Source: a virus (taxonomy: Duplodnaviria > Caudoviricetes). Taken from it: 64,000 nt of DNA. The stretch lies in the IMG/VR virus record IMGVR_UViG_3300012983_000031, positions 156,296-220,295 of that record, one strand, 5' to 3'. The translations under genes and the position numbers were made by a program. Below are positions 40,760 through 51,734 of this stretch, one piece after another; position 1 is the first letter of the stretch; each line of letters starts with the position of its first letter. The notes beneath the pieces are model-generated. The model was given only the letters and a program-made list of their open reading frames with translations, made no database searches and was not told where the DNA came from.

Positions 40760-41149
40760 TCAGAAAAGTTTGTCAAACTTGTCAAGTATGACATAAGAAA
40801 TTGCCTTCTGCAAGTTGCCGTCACCAGCCTCCTTATATTCAGCGACAATCTCATCAGCCAATGCTTCCGCAACCTCATCTACAAACTTACCGAAAAGATT
40901 CCAACCGCTTGATGCGAACAGATCGATCACCTGTTGACGGATATTGTCATCATCATTATTCTCATCATCCTGTTTCAGGTTCTGTCTAAAAGGAATGGCG
41001 AATGAATCTACGCACCAACCGTATGTTTCAGTCAGATAATCAGCAATCTGATCCGCTGTGAGATCATCAGATACCTCTACTTCTGTAGGAAGGTCATCTG
41101 GAACAGTGCCGCTGTCTGAACAATCCCAAATAATGTATGTAATTTTCAT
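40760..41149 (-). CDS. Hypothetical protein sharing an N-terminal module with 29619-29996
   Basis: DLPTEVEVSDDLTADQIADYLTETYGWCVDSF. Confidence 0.75.
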   Translation of the reverse strand: MKITYIIWDCSDSGTVPDDLPTEVEVSDDLTADQIADYLTETYGWCVDSFAIPFRQNLKQDDENNDDDNIRQQVIDLFASSGWNLFGKFVDEVAEALADEIVAEYKEAGDGNLQKAISYVILDKFDKLF

Positions 41150-41293
41150 AAGATTTTTTGTTTTAATAGTTAATGATATTTTTTATTTTCTATGCAAAGG
41201 TATGAATAATATTTGATATGTGCAAGCAATTAACATACTTTAACCTGAACTTTTTTATTCCCTGTGATAGTTATACCTGATATGATCTCGTAA

Positions 41294-41776
41294 TCAATAC
41301 ATTCCTTCTGGTGCTTCAAGAGCAAGACCTAATTCAATAAGATTGCGAAAATCAAAATGATGGGAAAGAAGCCAATCAATAACATTTAAGTTTAATTTGA
41401 AACTATAAGAGTTATCAGTAAGGTGATGTGTAAAAACTAATATCCCATAATCTTCAAACCCAATATTCTTTGAATCTGCTGGAATATAGATAGAACATAT
41501 TTCTTTCAACTCTTTTTTTTCCTCCTCCGTCATGCTTGACATGGGTCGGAGATAGGGTTTACAATTAATAAGAGGATATGAAATTACGCTACTATAAAAA
41601 CCATAATGCCAAACAGTGACTCGTTTCTTTAATGCAGACGTGCCATAATTATCAATTTCTCTTAAATCATAAGCATCTGTATATTTACCTTTAGAATATT
41701 CTATTGCTACTTTAACTCCATAAGGCAACCTTGCTGAAAGGTCTATCAATACAAGTTGTTTTTCTTTTTGTGCCAT
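41294..41776 (-). CDS. DLSARLPYGV-family phage protein (paralog)
   Basis: DLSARLPYGV...KPYLRPMSSMT...IDWL..HFD.R.LI..GLALEAPEGMY shared with 58668, 60151, 60761. Confidence 0.8.
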   Translation of the reverse strand: MAQKEKQLVLIDLSARLPYGVKVAIEYSKGKYTDAYDLREIDNYGTSALKKRVTVWHYGFYSSVISYPLINCKPYLRPMSSMTEEEKKELKEICSIYIPADSKNIGFEDYGILVFTHHLTDNSYSFKLNLNVIDWLLSHHFDFRNLIELGLALEAPEGMY

Positions 41777-42062
41777 AATTATTCCTCCCAATAATAAATG
41801 ATTTAACTTTTTACTCTGCAAAGTTAAACATAATATTTGTAACCAGCAAATTAAATTAGTTAAACAAGGTTAACACGAACTCCAGTGAATCTTATTTAAC
41901 ATCAGTTAACGATCCAGTGATCAATGGAGTTCGCCTTCTGCGATCTGGCGGTAATGTCAATGACATTACTTGACAGGCGAGGCACTTCAGTCTTGACTGC
42001 CATCAGGATATGTTGCAACAATAAAAAAGCCGATCCTTCAATTTAGAAGAATCGGCTGTTAA

Positions 42063-42296
42063 CTAAAGAATCCTTACTGGTTCGCTGTCGTAGGTCATTT
42101 CATTTCCAGTCCATTGCTTGACCGTTCCTTTCGGCAGTATCGTTCCTTTGCTGTATTTTTCATCTATGCAGGAGATCTCCCACATCCTGCCCCACTTGAC
42201 TTCTAAAGGAAGGTTCGGAAAAGTCCTGTAAGGTTTCTCAGGAAAGATGCGTTCATTACCGTGTCCGTCAACGGCTACCCAAGTTTCAGTTTTCAT
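42063..42296 (-). CDS. Hypothetical phage protein
   Basis: WVAVD..G.E.IF...P.R...LPKGT...G.E.T...EPV. Confidence 0.75.
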   Translation of the reverse strand: MKTETWVAVDGHGNERIFPEKPYRTFPNLPLEVKWGRMWEISCIDEKYSKGTILPKGTVKQWTGNEMTYDSEPVRIL

Positions 42297-42352
42297 GATT
42301 AATCCTTATTTAAGTTTTAGTCAATCGCTTTGCTTTTTTGAAAAAACATCAG

Positions 42353-43189
42353 TTAAATATCTCCGAGCAAGTCGTTATAGCATCTGCCACAAAGAAATCT
42401 GTAATGTGTTATACAATTTATATCGGCATCGTATGGATCAATCACATAACTTGCAGGCTCACCGCATACAGAACAGAAACCAGCAGTATGCTTTCGTTCC
42501 TCCAGTTCTCTTTTTTCCATTTCAACCTTTTCCCTATATGCTGAAATCTGTTTTGCAAACTCTGTCTTTTGTGCATCAGTCCAGTCATAACTACTGGATA
42601 GATCGATCACGCCAACTGCAAACAAATCATCATACACGCCAAACCTGTTTGTGCTTAAACCAACATTTATAGTATGCTCTGGTATAATTTCACACGGATT
42701 ACCGCAACGGCATATAATGTAATCCTTATCCTTCTTGAACTTGAAGCCAGTAATATCAACTGGAGGTAGGTTCTCACCATATTCTGTGTAAGGCTTAACC
42801 CATTCCTTATAGAATTTGTTTCTTGTCTTGCAGTGTTTAGTTATGACCTCTGGTGCAGGATCACCCTTATGGTAAAATACTGATCTTCCATCCCTTGTAA
42901 ACAAAAGCATCCACTCACCATCAATAACCATGTCCTCATTATGGGAAGAATGATCCCACTTGTCGCCGAAAAAGAACCGACCTATCTTAAAACGCTCCGT
43001 ATCATTAAAGCAATGTATAATACACCCATTACGTTTCATTATATAAGTAGGTGAATATCCCTTTGCTGTCGATACGGGATCAGCATCATAATCATAAGGA
43101 TCAATCCCAAGTTCTGTTTCAGGATCATATCCGCCTCTATAAAACTGGAAAAAACCCAAACGTGAATTGTAACGTACACTTTGTTTCAT
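42353..43189 (-). CDS. Hypothetical protein with C-terminal CxxC..CxxC zinc finger
   Basis: CSVCG...DPY.ADI...LCGRCY. Confidence 0.8.
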   Translation of the reverse strand: MKQSVRYNSRLGFFQFYRGGYDPETELGIDPYDYDADPVSTAKGYSPTYIMKRNGCIIHCFNDTERFKIGRFFFGDKWDHSSHNEDMVIDGEWMLLFTRDGRSVFYHKGDPAPEVITKHCKTRNKFYKEWVKPYTEYGENLPPVDITGFKFKKDKDYIICRCGNPCEIIPEHTINVGLSTNRFGVYDDLFAVGVIDLSSSYDWTDAQKTEFAKQISAYREKVEMEKRELEERKHTAGFCSVCGEPASYVIDPYDADINCITHYRFLCGRCYNDLLGDI

Positions 43190-43516
43190 AATATGTAATG
43201 TTTAATTGTTTGATGATGCAAAGTTACGAACTTTATTTGTAACCACCAAATTAAATTAGTTAAAATGTGTTAACGCGAACTTCATGCAACACAGTTTAAC
43301 ATAAGTTAACGATCCAGTGATCGCTGGAGTTCGCCTTCGTGATCAGGATGTAATGTCAATGACATTACTTGGCAGGTACCCCGCATAAGATTCCTGAAAA
43401 AGATTCTGAGAAAAAACACAAAAAAACCGAGCAGAAAGTCTGCCCGATTTTTCAAGAAAGTTTTTGGAAAAAAATCTGGTTTTATTTTTGTAAAAAATCC
43501 TGAATTATTTCTGCGA

Positions 43517-43738
43517 TTAATCCAGCATAGAATTTCTGAAATCTTTTATTTCGTCATCCGATAGAAACCCATGTTTTCCTACGAACATTTTAAGCCACGA
43601 TTCAGCCTTGTCAATGATGTCGTTCGCCCCAGCAAGGTAACTGTCACGTAAAATGATCCACTTGTCGTTGAATATGCTTTTTCCGTTAGCGAACTCCATT
43701 GCTTTCCTTTTAAGCCCGTTACTCTTTTTTCCAGCCAT
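43517..43738 (-). CDS. Hypothetical protein
   Basis: YLAGA motif; start reassigned. Confidence 0.65.
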   Translation of the reverse strand: MAGKKSNGLKRKAMEFANGKSIFNDKWIILRDSYLAGANDIIDKAESWLKMFVGKHGFLSDDEIKDFRNSMLD

Positions 43739-43739
43739 G

Positions 43740-44276
43740 TCAGTCACAGGGATGAAAGTTAGGCAATGCTTCAAGAGCCTCCGTATTAACAGGGGTTGCT
43801 TGGAGTTCGTTTATTGCAACTGCATCGTCATCAGTGCAGTTAGCCTTGTCGTCGCAACACAGGTGCTTTGATGATTTGGTTGAGGCTTCATGCTCAATTA
43901 CTTCCCTTGCTATATTAAGCAGTTCATCAGTCCATTCGCAGATGCTATCATTAGACGGAACATCATCATGACCGTAGGCGGAATGCATACATTCTGAAAC
44001 GGCGTGCCAGAACTTCTTCCTCATTAACACATCCTCGTCAGTCACCCAGAGATCAAAAGACTTAGAGGTATTATCTGGATAGTAATCGCCATCCAATGTG
44101 TAGCGTTCAACACTTTCCGTGTCTGAATTATTGTGCTGAACGACAGCAACAATAGGAAACTCGTTACATTGAAGATCCCACTTGATAATCTCGACAGGAT
44201 TTCCTTCGCCAGTAACAACTTGAAGAGATTTGTCTTCAATTTGTTTCCTGTATTTGATGTTAAATCTTTCCCTCAT
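43740..44276 (-). CDS. Hypothetical protein
   Basis: V.T..G.PV.II.WD...PI.A...DL motif. Confidence 0.75.
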   Translation of the reverse strand: MRERFNIKYRKQIEDKSLQVVTGEGNPVEIIKWDLQCNEFPIVAVVQHNNSDTESVERYTLDGDYYPDNTSKSFDLWVTDEDVLMRKKFWHAVSECMHSAYGHDDVPSNDSICEWTDELLNIAREVIEHEASTKSSKHLCCDDKANCTDDDAVAINELQATPVNTEALEALPNFHPCD

Positions 44277-44846
44277 ATTCGTATATGCGTTTTTTAATTA
44301 AACAATTCAGGTGCAAAGGTAAGCATAATATATGAAACCGCAAAATTATTTAAGTTAAATAGTGTTAAGCGAACTCCAGATATTTCCAAGACGAAAGATG
44401 ATTGGCTGGCAGTAAAAGGTAATGTCATTGACATTACTCACGGATCGTGAAGGCGGATTGCGATCTGCCAGTTTTTTATCTTGGAGTTCATAAAATATGC
44501 GAAATCCAGATAACAGAAATATAACCTCATCTCTTTAGCGTTCTGTAATGTCAATGACATTACTTGCCCTCAAGAAGGCGCATACATCTCTTCAGCGTGA
44601 ATAGTTGACTGATCTCTGGAGTTCGCTTATATATATTGTACCCGTTCATTTTCAAATATTATTATGAGAAAAGTTTTGCGTTAATTTTTGAGATGGTTTC
44701 CTGTAATAATCATGAAAATAATCTGAAAAAAGTTTTGGAGTTTTAACATCATTTAACCAAAATAATTTTGCCAATTAAAATATTGTCCGTACCTTTGCAC
44801 CAGATTAAGAAACAAAAGTATTAACCAACAAAAAACATTAATGATT

Positions 44847-45389
44847 ATGGCAACAGTATTTGGAATCACGTTCAACTCACAGAACGAATTTGACATCAAC
44901 AAAAATTTCGACTGCATCAGTTCAATGGAAGATGGAGAAGAAGAAACAACGTTCCGCACGAAGAAGGTGTATCATCATGACGACGATCCTGACATCAGGT
45001 TTGATTACAGGTATGTCATAACGGCATGGACATCGGATCAGAACACTACGTACTATGCTCTGTATCTCATTCCAGAGTTCAGTTCAATCAGCGAACGCCA
45101 CCAGCAAGAAATAATCGATTTCTGTGGATGTGACACTCCTAACATCAGCGACATCATGAGTTACGGTGCTGATATTATAATGGGTGCAGAAACATACGAC
45201 GGGGAATACAGTCAGGATGTTGTGGACAATATCGCACAGGTCATCGACACAATCGACTCATTGATTGGATTCTATCTTGACAAATACCAAAACAGAATCG
45301 GTACGACAGGATGGGATATGTTGGAAGACTACATCAATGATGTGAACTGGATGACCGCCACTATGGAACGGTACAAAAAACAGGCATAA
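44847..45389 (+). CDS. Hypothetical protein
   Basis: Consensus promoter (-7 at 44790-44797); ends GFYLD...NRIG.TGWD. Confidence 0.8.
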   Translation: MATVFGITFNSQNEFDINKNFDCISSMEDGEEETTFRTKKVYHHDDDPDIRFDYRYVITAWTSDQNTTYYALYLIPEFSSISERHQQEIIDFCGCDTPNISDIMSYGADIIMGAETYDGEYSQDVVDNIAQVIDTIDSLIGFYLDKYQNRIGTTGWDMLEDYINDVNWMTATMERYKKQA

Positions 45390-45785
45390 CCATTTTGTTT
45401 TATTAATACTTCTTTTGTTGTTAGGGGGCAACGGGCTTTAAGTTCGTTCGCCCCTTTTCTTGTGTGCATAAGAACCGACAGGGGACAGAGGAGAATGGAG
45501 GCGACAGCCAAGTAATGTCACTGACATTACAGCCTGATTAAGGAGGCGAACCCAAGGCTTTGGTCAGTACCCAAGCACGAGATGTAAACAGTAAGTAATG
45601 TCACTGACATTACCGCCAGATCACAGGATGAGCAATCAGGGTTCCGTGGCGTTCGTTCAGATCAAATTATTTTCACGAATTTAACATTGTTTAACTAAAA
45701 TATTTTGGAGGTTACAAATAAAGTTCGTACCTTTGCATCAGATTAAGAAACAAACAAGTATTAACAAATTAAAACAAAATGCCTT

Positions 45786-46280
45786 ATGAAAAAGAACAAC
45801 AAGAAAATCTGGACTATCTGGGATAACAACCAGTCCTATGACGAATGGAAGGAAAATATGATTAACGATGGTTACGAAGATGAGGAACTTTCGTATGACT
45901 TCTTCTGCGATGATTTGTCAGAGCAACTTAACTGTGAACGCCTTAACCTTAATATAAATGTTGATGGGTATATCGTGGTGTTCGCAAATATGGGTTTATG
46001 GAACGGCAAACACAACGGGGCAGGAATTATCGGAACGAACGTGAAGGATATTCTTTACTCGGAATGCGACTACGTTCATTGGTATTGCGACAGGTACAAC
46101 GTTCGCTGCGATGCTGCACATCATGACGGCACAAACCACTACCTTTACCGTGTGGCAAAGGATAAGGAAACAGCGGAGAGGCTTATTGACAAAATCGTTT
46201 ATAATGGTATAACGGAAGAACAGTTTCGCAAGGCAACTCGGAGTCTGCGACCTTATATCGCAAAGGTGTACGGATGGTGA
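45786..46280 (+). CDS. Hypothetical protein
   Basis: GLWNG, HHDGTNHYLYR, VYGW motifs. Confidence 0.8.
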   Translation: MKKNNKKIWTIWDNNQSYDEWKENMINDGYEDEELSYDFFCDDLSEQLNCERLNLNINVDGYIVVFANMGLWNGKHNGAGIIGTNVKDILYSECDYVHWYCDRYNVRCDAAHHDGTNHYLYRVAKDKETAERLIDKIVYNGITEEQFRKATRSLRPYIAKVYGW

Positions 46281-46381
46281 ACGAACTCCAGCAACAGGAA
46301 TAAGGACAGTCAGAAATGACTGCCCTTTTTTTGTGACTTATTGACAAGAATGCGGATGACATCATCTCTGAGGATCAGGGA

Positions 46382-46575
46382 ATAATGTCATTGACATTAC
46401 AGACGGCGCGACGTGCATGGTCATCTCTTGGAGTTCGTTGCCAAGATAACGATAAGGATCCTTTTTCCAGGGAGTAATGTCAATGACATTACAGATGACA
46501 CGACGTGCATGGACATCTCTGCCAAGGCAACGCTAAGGATCCTTCTCGTCCTGAAAATAATGTCAGTGACATTAC
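46382..46575 (+). repeat. Degenerate tandem repeat (~85-90 bp) built on the palindrome
   Basis: palindrome-AGA.G.C.CGACGTGCATGG.CATCTCT...GCCAAG...AACG.TAAGGATCCTT twice, then a third palindrome. Confidence 0.85.
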
Positions 46576-46731
46576 CTCCAGATCACGGGACACTGCCGAA
46601 CTCCAGAGGTTGCCTTGAAATTAATTTCACCAGTTTAACGTTGTTTAACGAAAATATTTTGGTGGTTATAAATAAAGTTCGTACCTTTGCATCAGTTAAA
46701 GAAAGTATTAACTACTAAAACAAATGGCATT

Positions 46732-47142
46732 ATGAAACTAAATCAGCAGTTCAAAAACGTCTTCACTTATGCAGCAGGCATTCAAAAATGGTGCAGCGAC
46801 CAGTATGAACTTGTAGGAAAGGAACTTAAGCATTCGTTCTGCGAGGCGTTCGCAATCTGCGACTGGAACGGAACAACGCACCAAAAGTTCGACAAAATAA
46901 TCGACACCTGCAATAGGCTGCTTAATGAATACAAGGATGACTATAAGGCATTCACGGAAATCGTGGTATCTGTCAACCTACTGGCGTTCGCAAATGATCA
47001 ACTCATCAATCAGGATATTGAAGACAGGGAGGAAATCATGAATTTCTACTCAGACCTTTTTTACAAGTTGAAGGATGAGTTCTACAAGCAATATGAAAAT
47101 AACGAAGAAGCGTGTGACTACTTCTTTGAAATGACAGATTAA
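46732..47142 (+). CDS. Hypothetical protein
   Basis: Promoter -7 at 46682-46689; ends YFFEMTD. Confidence 0.8.
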   Translation: MKLNQQFKNVFTYAAGIQKWCSDQYELVGKELKHSFCEAFAICDWNGTTHQKFDKIIDTCNRLLNEYKDDYKAFTEIVVSVNLLAFANDQLINQDIEDREEIMNFYSDLFYKLKDEFYKQYENNEEACDYFFEMTD

Positions 47143-47525
47143 GGTTCAAAATAGATAGGCATTTGTAATTTTTCGTGTTAGCGTGGGGCACTTTCGTCGT
47201 GATGACGGGAGTGCTCATTTTTTATTTACATCAGGCGAACTCCAGAAATCCGACAGATCCTGATTTACCATCTCGTGATCTGTGGTAATGTCAATGACAT
47301 TACTTCAGGGGTACCCTCCTCGTAAAGTATCCGATTGATTTTCAGCAAGATAACTGGAATAAAATATGAATAAAAACCAAAAATAATTTGTGATATTTTT
47401 TGATCCAGATCTACAGGATATTCAAGAATAAAAAATGTTTTTTATTTTCACATTATTTAACGCCAAATATTTGGATATGTCATGTGAAGTTCGTACCTTT
47501 GCATAGAACTTATAAAAATAGACAA

Positions 47526-47765
47526 ATGGATAATACATTTAACATCGGTTCGATTCACTCGGTTATTCAGAATAATCCTGACGGAACACGTGACCAAGTT
47601 TACATGAAGGTCGTTCCCAAAGTGAAGCGTACATGCGTGGGTTGCTACATGTTCAGAAGGTTTCATCGCAACGTGTCTGATAGACTTTGCAGGATGTGCA
47701 TAGCCACCTACACGAAGACAGGAAACGATGTTCAGTTAGAATATGTCGAAACAAAATACCAGTAA
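47526..47765 (+). CDS. Cys-rich small protein (tandem paralog A)
   Basis: M.NTFNIG...DG...CVGCY...CRMC. Confidence 0.7.
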   Translation: MDNTFNIGSIHSVIQNNPDGTRDQVYMKVVPKVKRTCVGCYMFRRFHRNVSDRLCRMCIATYTKTGNDVQLEYVETKYQ

Positions 47766-47784
47766 CCAATAAAACATTTACATT

Positions 47785-48021
47785 ATGGAAACTTTCAACA
47801 TCGGACAGATTATTTCCTACGTTCAATCAGCGGTGGATGGTTCAAATGAAAAGATTTATCTTGAATGCGTTGAGAACAATGAAGAATCTTGCAGGGGATG
47901 CTACGTCGGCAAGCCAAGATGCAAGGCTAACAAGAAAGCAATATGCCAGAGGTGTCAGGCTACGCAGCAAGACATCGCCCAGTCCATCAAGTTCTCTCTG
48001 CATCACATACTATATGAATAA
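47785..48021 (+). CDS. Cys-rich small protein (tandem paralog B)
   Basis: METFNIG...DG...CRGCY...CQRC. Confidence 0.7.
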   Translation: METFNIGQIISYVQSAVDGSNEKIYLECVENNEESCRGCYVGKPRCKANKKAICQRCQATQQDIAQSIKFSLHHILYE

Positions 48022-48076
48022 ATTTGTTTCATACATAAATGTTAATTTTCATTTTAGTGAGTTTTTAGCGAGTGGA

Positions 48077-48112
48077 GTTCGGTTGCCTGTGACAGGTAGC
48101 CGAACTTTTTTT
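48077..48112 (+). terminator. GTGA-loop family intrinsic terminator
   Basis: GTTCGGTTGCCTGTGACAGGTAGCCGAAC + T7. Confidence 0.8.
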
Positions 48113-48448
48113 GTGGCGAACTCCAGTGATTCCTTGGGCTCGTCTTAACTTTCATTAACATAACACAGACAGGAACGCAACCGTTAATCTCAGAATCGTC
48201 AGATGCCCGACAGTAGGTAATGTCACTGACATTACAGACGGCGAAGGCGATCTGAACCTACTGCCACAACCCGCCGAGATCTTCAGATGCCTGACAGAAA
48301 GTAATGTCACTGACATTACATCCTGATCGCAGGATGTTATCATCAGGATAAGAATCGTTATACTGTTAATATTTTTTAGCATAAATAATTTTGCCAGTTC
48401 AAATATTATTCGTAACTTTGCATCATCAAAAATAAAAACAGTATAATA

Positions 48449-48640
48449 ATGGTAACAAATGAATTTAAGGTAGGTGATAAAGTCAAGTTCGGAGCATATG
48501 GATACTTCGACATGGATAAACCATATACTATTATCGAAATCAAAAACACGCTCAATATGCTTGGTGGCATCGTGTATATGCTTGAAGATGAAGACGGGCA
48601 TACTGTCACCGCATACAAAGACGAGATAGTGAAATACTAA
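48449..48640 (+). CDS. Small beta-barrel-like protein
   Basis: FKVGDKV start; consensus promoter. Confidence 0.7.
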   Translation: MVTNEFKVGDKVKFGAYGYFDMDKPYTIIEIKNTLNMLGGIVYMLEDEDGHTVTAYKDEIVKY

Positions 48641-48918
48641 TATGCCATTTAGATTTTTTGTTGGAGGCTCGCACCCATACCCTTGGGTTCGAGTCTTTTT
48701 TATGCAATTATGCGAACTCCAAGGAACCTCATCATCTCTGGGTGATCTTGTTGTAATGTCAGTGACATTACTTGATGGACGACGGATCCAATCCTTGGTT
48801 AGCATAGGCTTGCTACATTTAGTTAAATAATGTAAACACAATGAAGAAATATGGATATTCGTTTTGTTATTTCAAATATTATTCGTACCTTTGTACCGAA
48901 TTAAAAAACTATATAGCA

Positions 48919-49233
48919 ATGGGTTTATATAAGAATAATAAGTCAGCAAAGGTCGGCACTGAAATTGAGTGCCCAGTTTGTCATAAAAGATTTATCAAAA
49001 AGTCTTATCAACAAGCCTTTTGCTGTAAGGATTGCAAAGAGAAATTTTGGAATCGCACAAGAAAGTCCAATGGATATTTCCGTAGGTACAATGCTGAACA
49101 CCCAGAAAGATTGGAACGAGTAGGAATCAATACTGAAATGGATGCAAACTTATGCTTGGGTGATGATGAGTGTGAAAGCCTTGCACAAATTACATTAGAT
49201 GAAAGTTGTAAATATGATAATTGTTTCTTCTAA
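48919..49233 (+). CDS. Zinc-finger protein
   Basis: ECPVCHKRF....QAFCCKDC. Confidence 0.75.
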   Translation: MGLYKNNKSAKVGTEIECPVCHKRFIKKSYQQAFCCKDCKEKFWNRTRKSNGYFRRYNAEHPERLERVGINTEMDANLCLGDDECESLAQITLDESCKYDNCFF

Positions 49234-49549
49234 AATATTTTAATGAAATAAACCCATAGGGACTATATATACTTCGTTACAGGGTTGGGTTCGGTTGTAC
49301 ATCGCAACTGAACCTTTCTTTTTTATTCTGACAACGAGTACAATCGCACGCGTCGCCCATCAGGTAATGTCAATGACATTACCTCCTGATCGCGAGATGG
49401 TAAATCAGGATCTGTCGGATTCACTGGAGTTCGTTAAATAATGTTAAACACATTCATTTTGTCGGGAAATCCTTTGGATATGTCACAGGAAACCACTAAC
49501 TTTGTACCACAATTCAAAAGAGTATTAACCAATTAAAAAACAAAGCATT

Positions 49550-49735
49550 ATGAAAAAGGTAAACATTCAAGTGACACTTAACATTGTCGCCATTGTCGAA
49601 GATAGTTATGAGGATGCAGGTGTAGATAACATCTTAGATTGCATCGAAATCACAGCCAACGGAGATGAAGAATTTGTCAAAGTCGAATCATGCGAAATTG
49701 AAAATTTCCACTCAACTGATGTTGAAAAGTATTAA
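49550..49735 (+). CDS. Small acidic protein
   Basis: Promoter and leader upstream. Confidence 0.7.
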   Translation: MKKVNIQVTLNIVAIVEDSYEDAGVDNILDCIEITANGDEEFVKVESCEIENFHSTDVEKY

Positions 49736-49755
49736 CCAATTAAAAAACAAAAAAT

Positions 49756-50145
49756 ATGAAAAAGGAGTATTACTTAATCAACGTAATCGGCAAGGATGGA
49801 TATTCGTTTGTCGTATATGGATGCTTTAAGGATGATGAAGATGCTATTGAACAGGCACAAAAACGTTCCTTGTTCCAAGACGAAGAAGATGCGGACAGGG
49901 CTTGTGCGGAAATTGCATCGGATGAAGATGTAAGGCATTTCAGAGAGTGTGAATGCCTCTTTGACTTGACCAGCGGATCGAAGACAGTTTCAGTCGAGTT
50001 CTACTATGAGAACGGACAGTACGGAATCTATGCAGCAGGCAGCAGCGACAGCGGAATTACAGTCAATGGAAACACACCAGAAGAATGTGCGAAAAATTTC
50101 TATCCGTATCTCAAAGATTATCTGACAAATTTATGCAGGATATAA
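49756..50145 (+). CDS. Hypothetical protein
   Basis: Own copy of the GTATTAACCAATTAAAAA leader. Confidence 0.75.
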   Translation: MKKEYYLINVIGKDGYSFVVYGCFKDDEDAIEQAQKRSLFQDEEDADRACAEIASDEDVRHFRECECLFDLTSGSKTVSVEFYYENGQYGIYAAGSSDSGITVNGNTPEECAKNFYPYLKDYLTNLCRI

Positions 50146-50274
50146 TCCGAAAATTTTCTTGACATTTTTTAACAAAAAAAGTTGGAAAAAAATTTGGATA
50201 TTATTTTGAAAGTTCGTAACTTTGCATCATCAAACAAACAACAATAGTATTAACCAACAAAAAACTAAAACATT

Positions 50275-50538
50275 ATGGCACGTAAAATTTTCTCTAACGG
50301 ATGTTTCGCAGAAGCACACGAAATCATCATCAACGGCAAAAAGCAATGGCGTTGGGTAGTTACATCTTTCGAGGATGACACGTTTGAAAACGGCGAGAAC
50401 ATCATCGTGAACGAAAAGGGCAAAAAGGAAGAAGACCTTTTCCCACAGGAAGACGAACCTACAATCGAGGAAAACATCGACTACTTGCTTAATGATGACC
50501 TCTATGCAGGAATAACAGAATTTGAAGACAGATATTAA
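50275..50538 (+). CDS. Small acidic protein
   Basis: Consensus promoter (-7 at ~50217). Confidence 0.75.
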   Translation: MARKIFSNGCFAEAHEIIINGKKQWRWVVTSFEDDTFENGENIIVNEKGKKEEDLFPQEDEPTIEENIDYLLNDDLYAGITEFEDRY

Positions 50539-50795
50539 AAGATAGTTTCTTTCTCTGCTCATAATTTTACTTCGGCAGGTGCTCGGACTGAAAAGTTCGG
50601 GCACTCGCTTTTTTGTGGCGAACAACCCAGTTATACGTGGATCCGTCGCCAGTCAAGTAATGTCACTGACATTACACACCAGATCACCAGCGGGAATGGA
50701 TCCATCAAGGTGGAGTTTGTACACACAAAAAATGTTCGGCGAACTTCACAGCCAGCCGAACACAACTCAAATTTTCAAACTTAAATTATTCAAAA

Positions 50796-50954
50796 TCAAT
50801 CATCTATACAATAATCTTGTCGAATATCCTGTCGTAAATTGCGACAACCAGTTTCAATCGAACCATTATCTGATGTGCAGGTAGCACCGTATTGCATCAC
50901 ACGCAGTATTGCACCCATTAGACCAGACTTTCCTGTACATCCTTTTGTTTTCAT
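50796..50954 (-). CDS. Small hypothetical protein
   Basis: Promoter -7 at 50982-50989; terminator ~50727-50762. Confidence 0.6.
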   Translation of the reverse strand: MKTKGCTGKSGLMGAILRVMQYGATCTSDNGSIETGCRNLRQDIRQDYCIDD

Positions 50955-51404
50955 ACTGTTATATGTTTTTGTAATTCGGTACAAAGTTACGGCTTTTATT
51001 TGAAACAACCAAACGTTAAAACGTTAAAATACGTTAAACGAATGCAATGATAACATTCTTTAGCATATACGTTAAACTCAGGTTCATCGACGCATATCCT
51101 GATAGTAATGTCAATGACATTACATCCTGATCACAAGATGGTAACATCAGGATTATACTGATAAGCATTGAAGTCCCTTGAGGAGGATACAGCAAAGGAA
51201 TGTCAATGACATTACACCAGCTCACGACGGGTTTGCTGATCCATCTTCTGGAGTTCGGCGAACTTCATATGCAACCGAACCCACCATATAAAATTACGAT
51301 ATTCAAATTATCTTTGTTAAAGAAATCACTTTAACACATCGCTGACCATACGTACCCGACATACGTGACCGATTCATAACAGCTCCGTAATGTCAGTGAC
51401 ATTA

Positions 51405-51734
51405 CTACTGGGGTGCCTCCTCTTCAGACACTGCGGAGAAAAACGGATTGTACTTAAGTGACTTGATGATGTTTTCAAGATACAGGCACTCGTCCAAGAA
51501 TCCATTCACCTCATCATGTGACAGACTGAACCATTCGTTACTGACCCTCGACATCGCATGACGAGCGTGAAGCATCTTCTCCATACGGAACGGGTGGCTT
51601 GTCCTGTGGTGAGCGACCATGCTAATTTCGTTGGCGTTGCCTGTCTGCAACTTCTTTATACGACCTTCGATAGACCCTCTCGTCACGCCTATCTTGTAAT
51701 ACTCGCCATCCGTTAGAAGATAAACATATCCCAT
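51405..51734 (-). CDS. T5orf172/GIY-YIG-superfamily nuclease-like protein
   Basis: GYVYLL...YKIGVT....RIKKLQTGN...EKMLH...EWF. Confidence 0.85.
   Translation of the reverse strand: MGYVYLLTDGEYYKIGVTRGSIEGRIKKLQTGNANEISMVAHHRTSHPFRMEKMLHARHAMSRVSNEWFSLSHDEVNGFLDECLYLENIIKSLKYNPFFSAVSEEEAPQ

Noticed and set aside
2163-43871. Long antisense ORFs in the track (e.g. 3962-4522, 28146-28907, 27075-27614, 40170-40703)
   Set aside because: Shadow frames opposite better-supported genes, with no promoter, leader or recognisable motifs.
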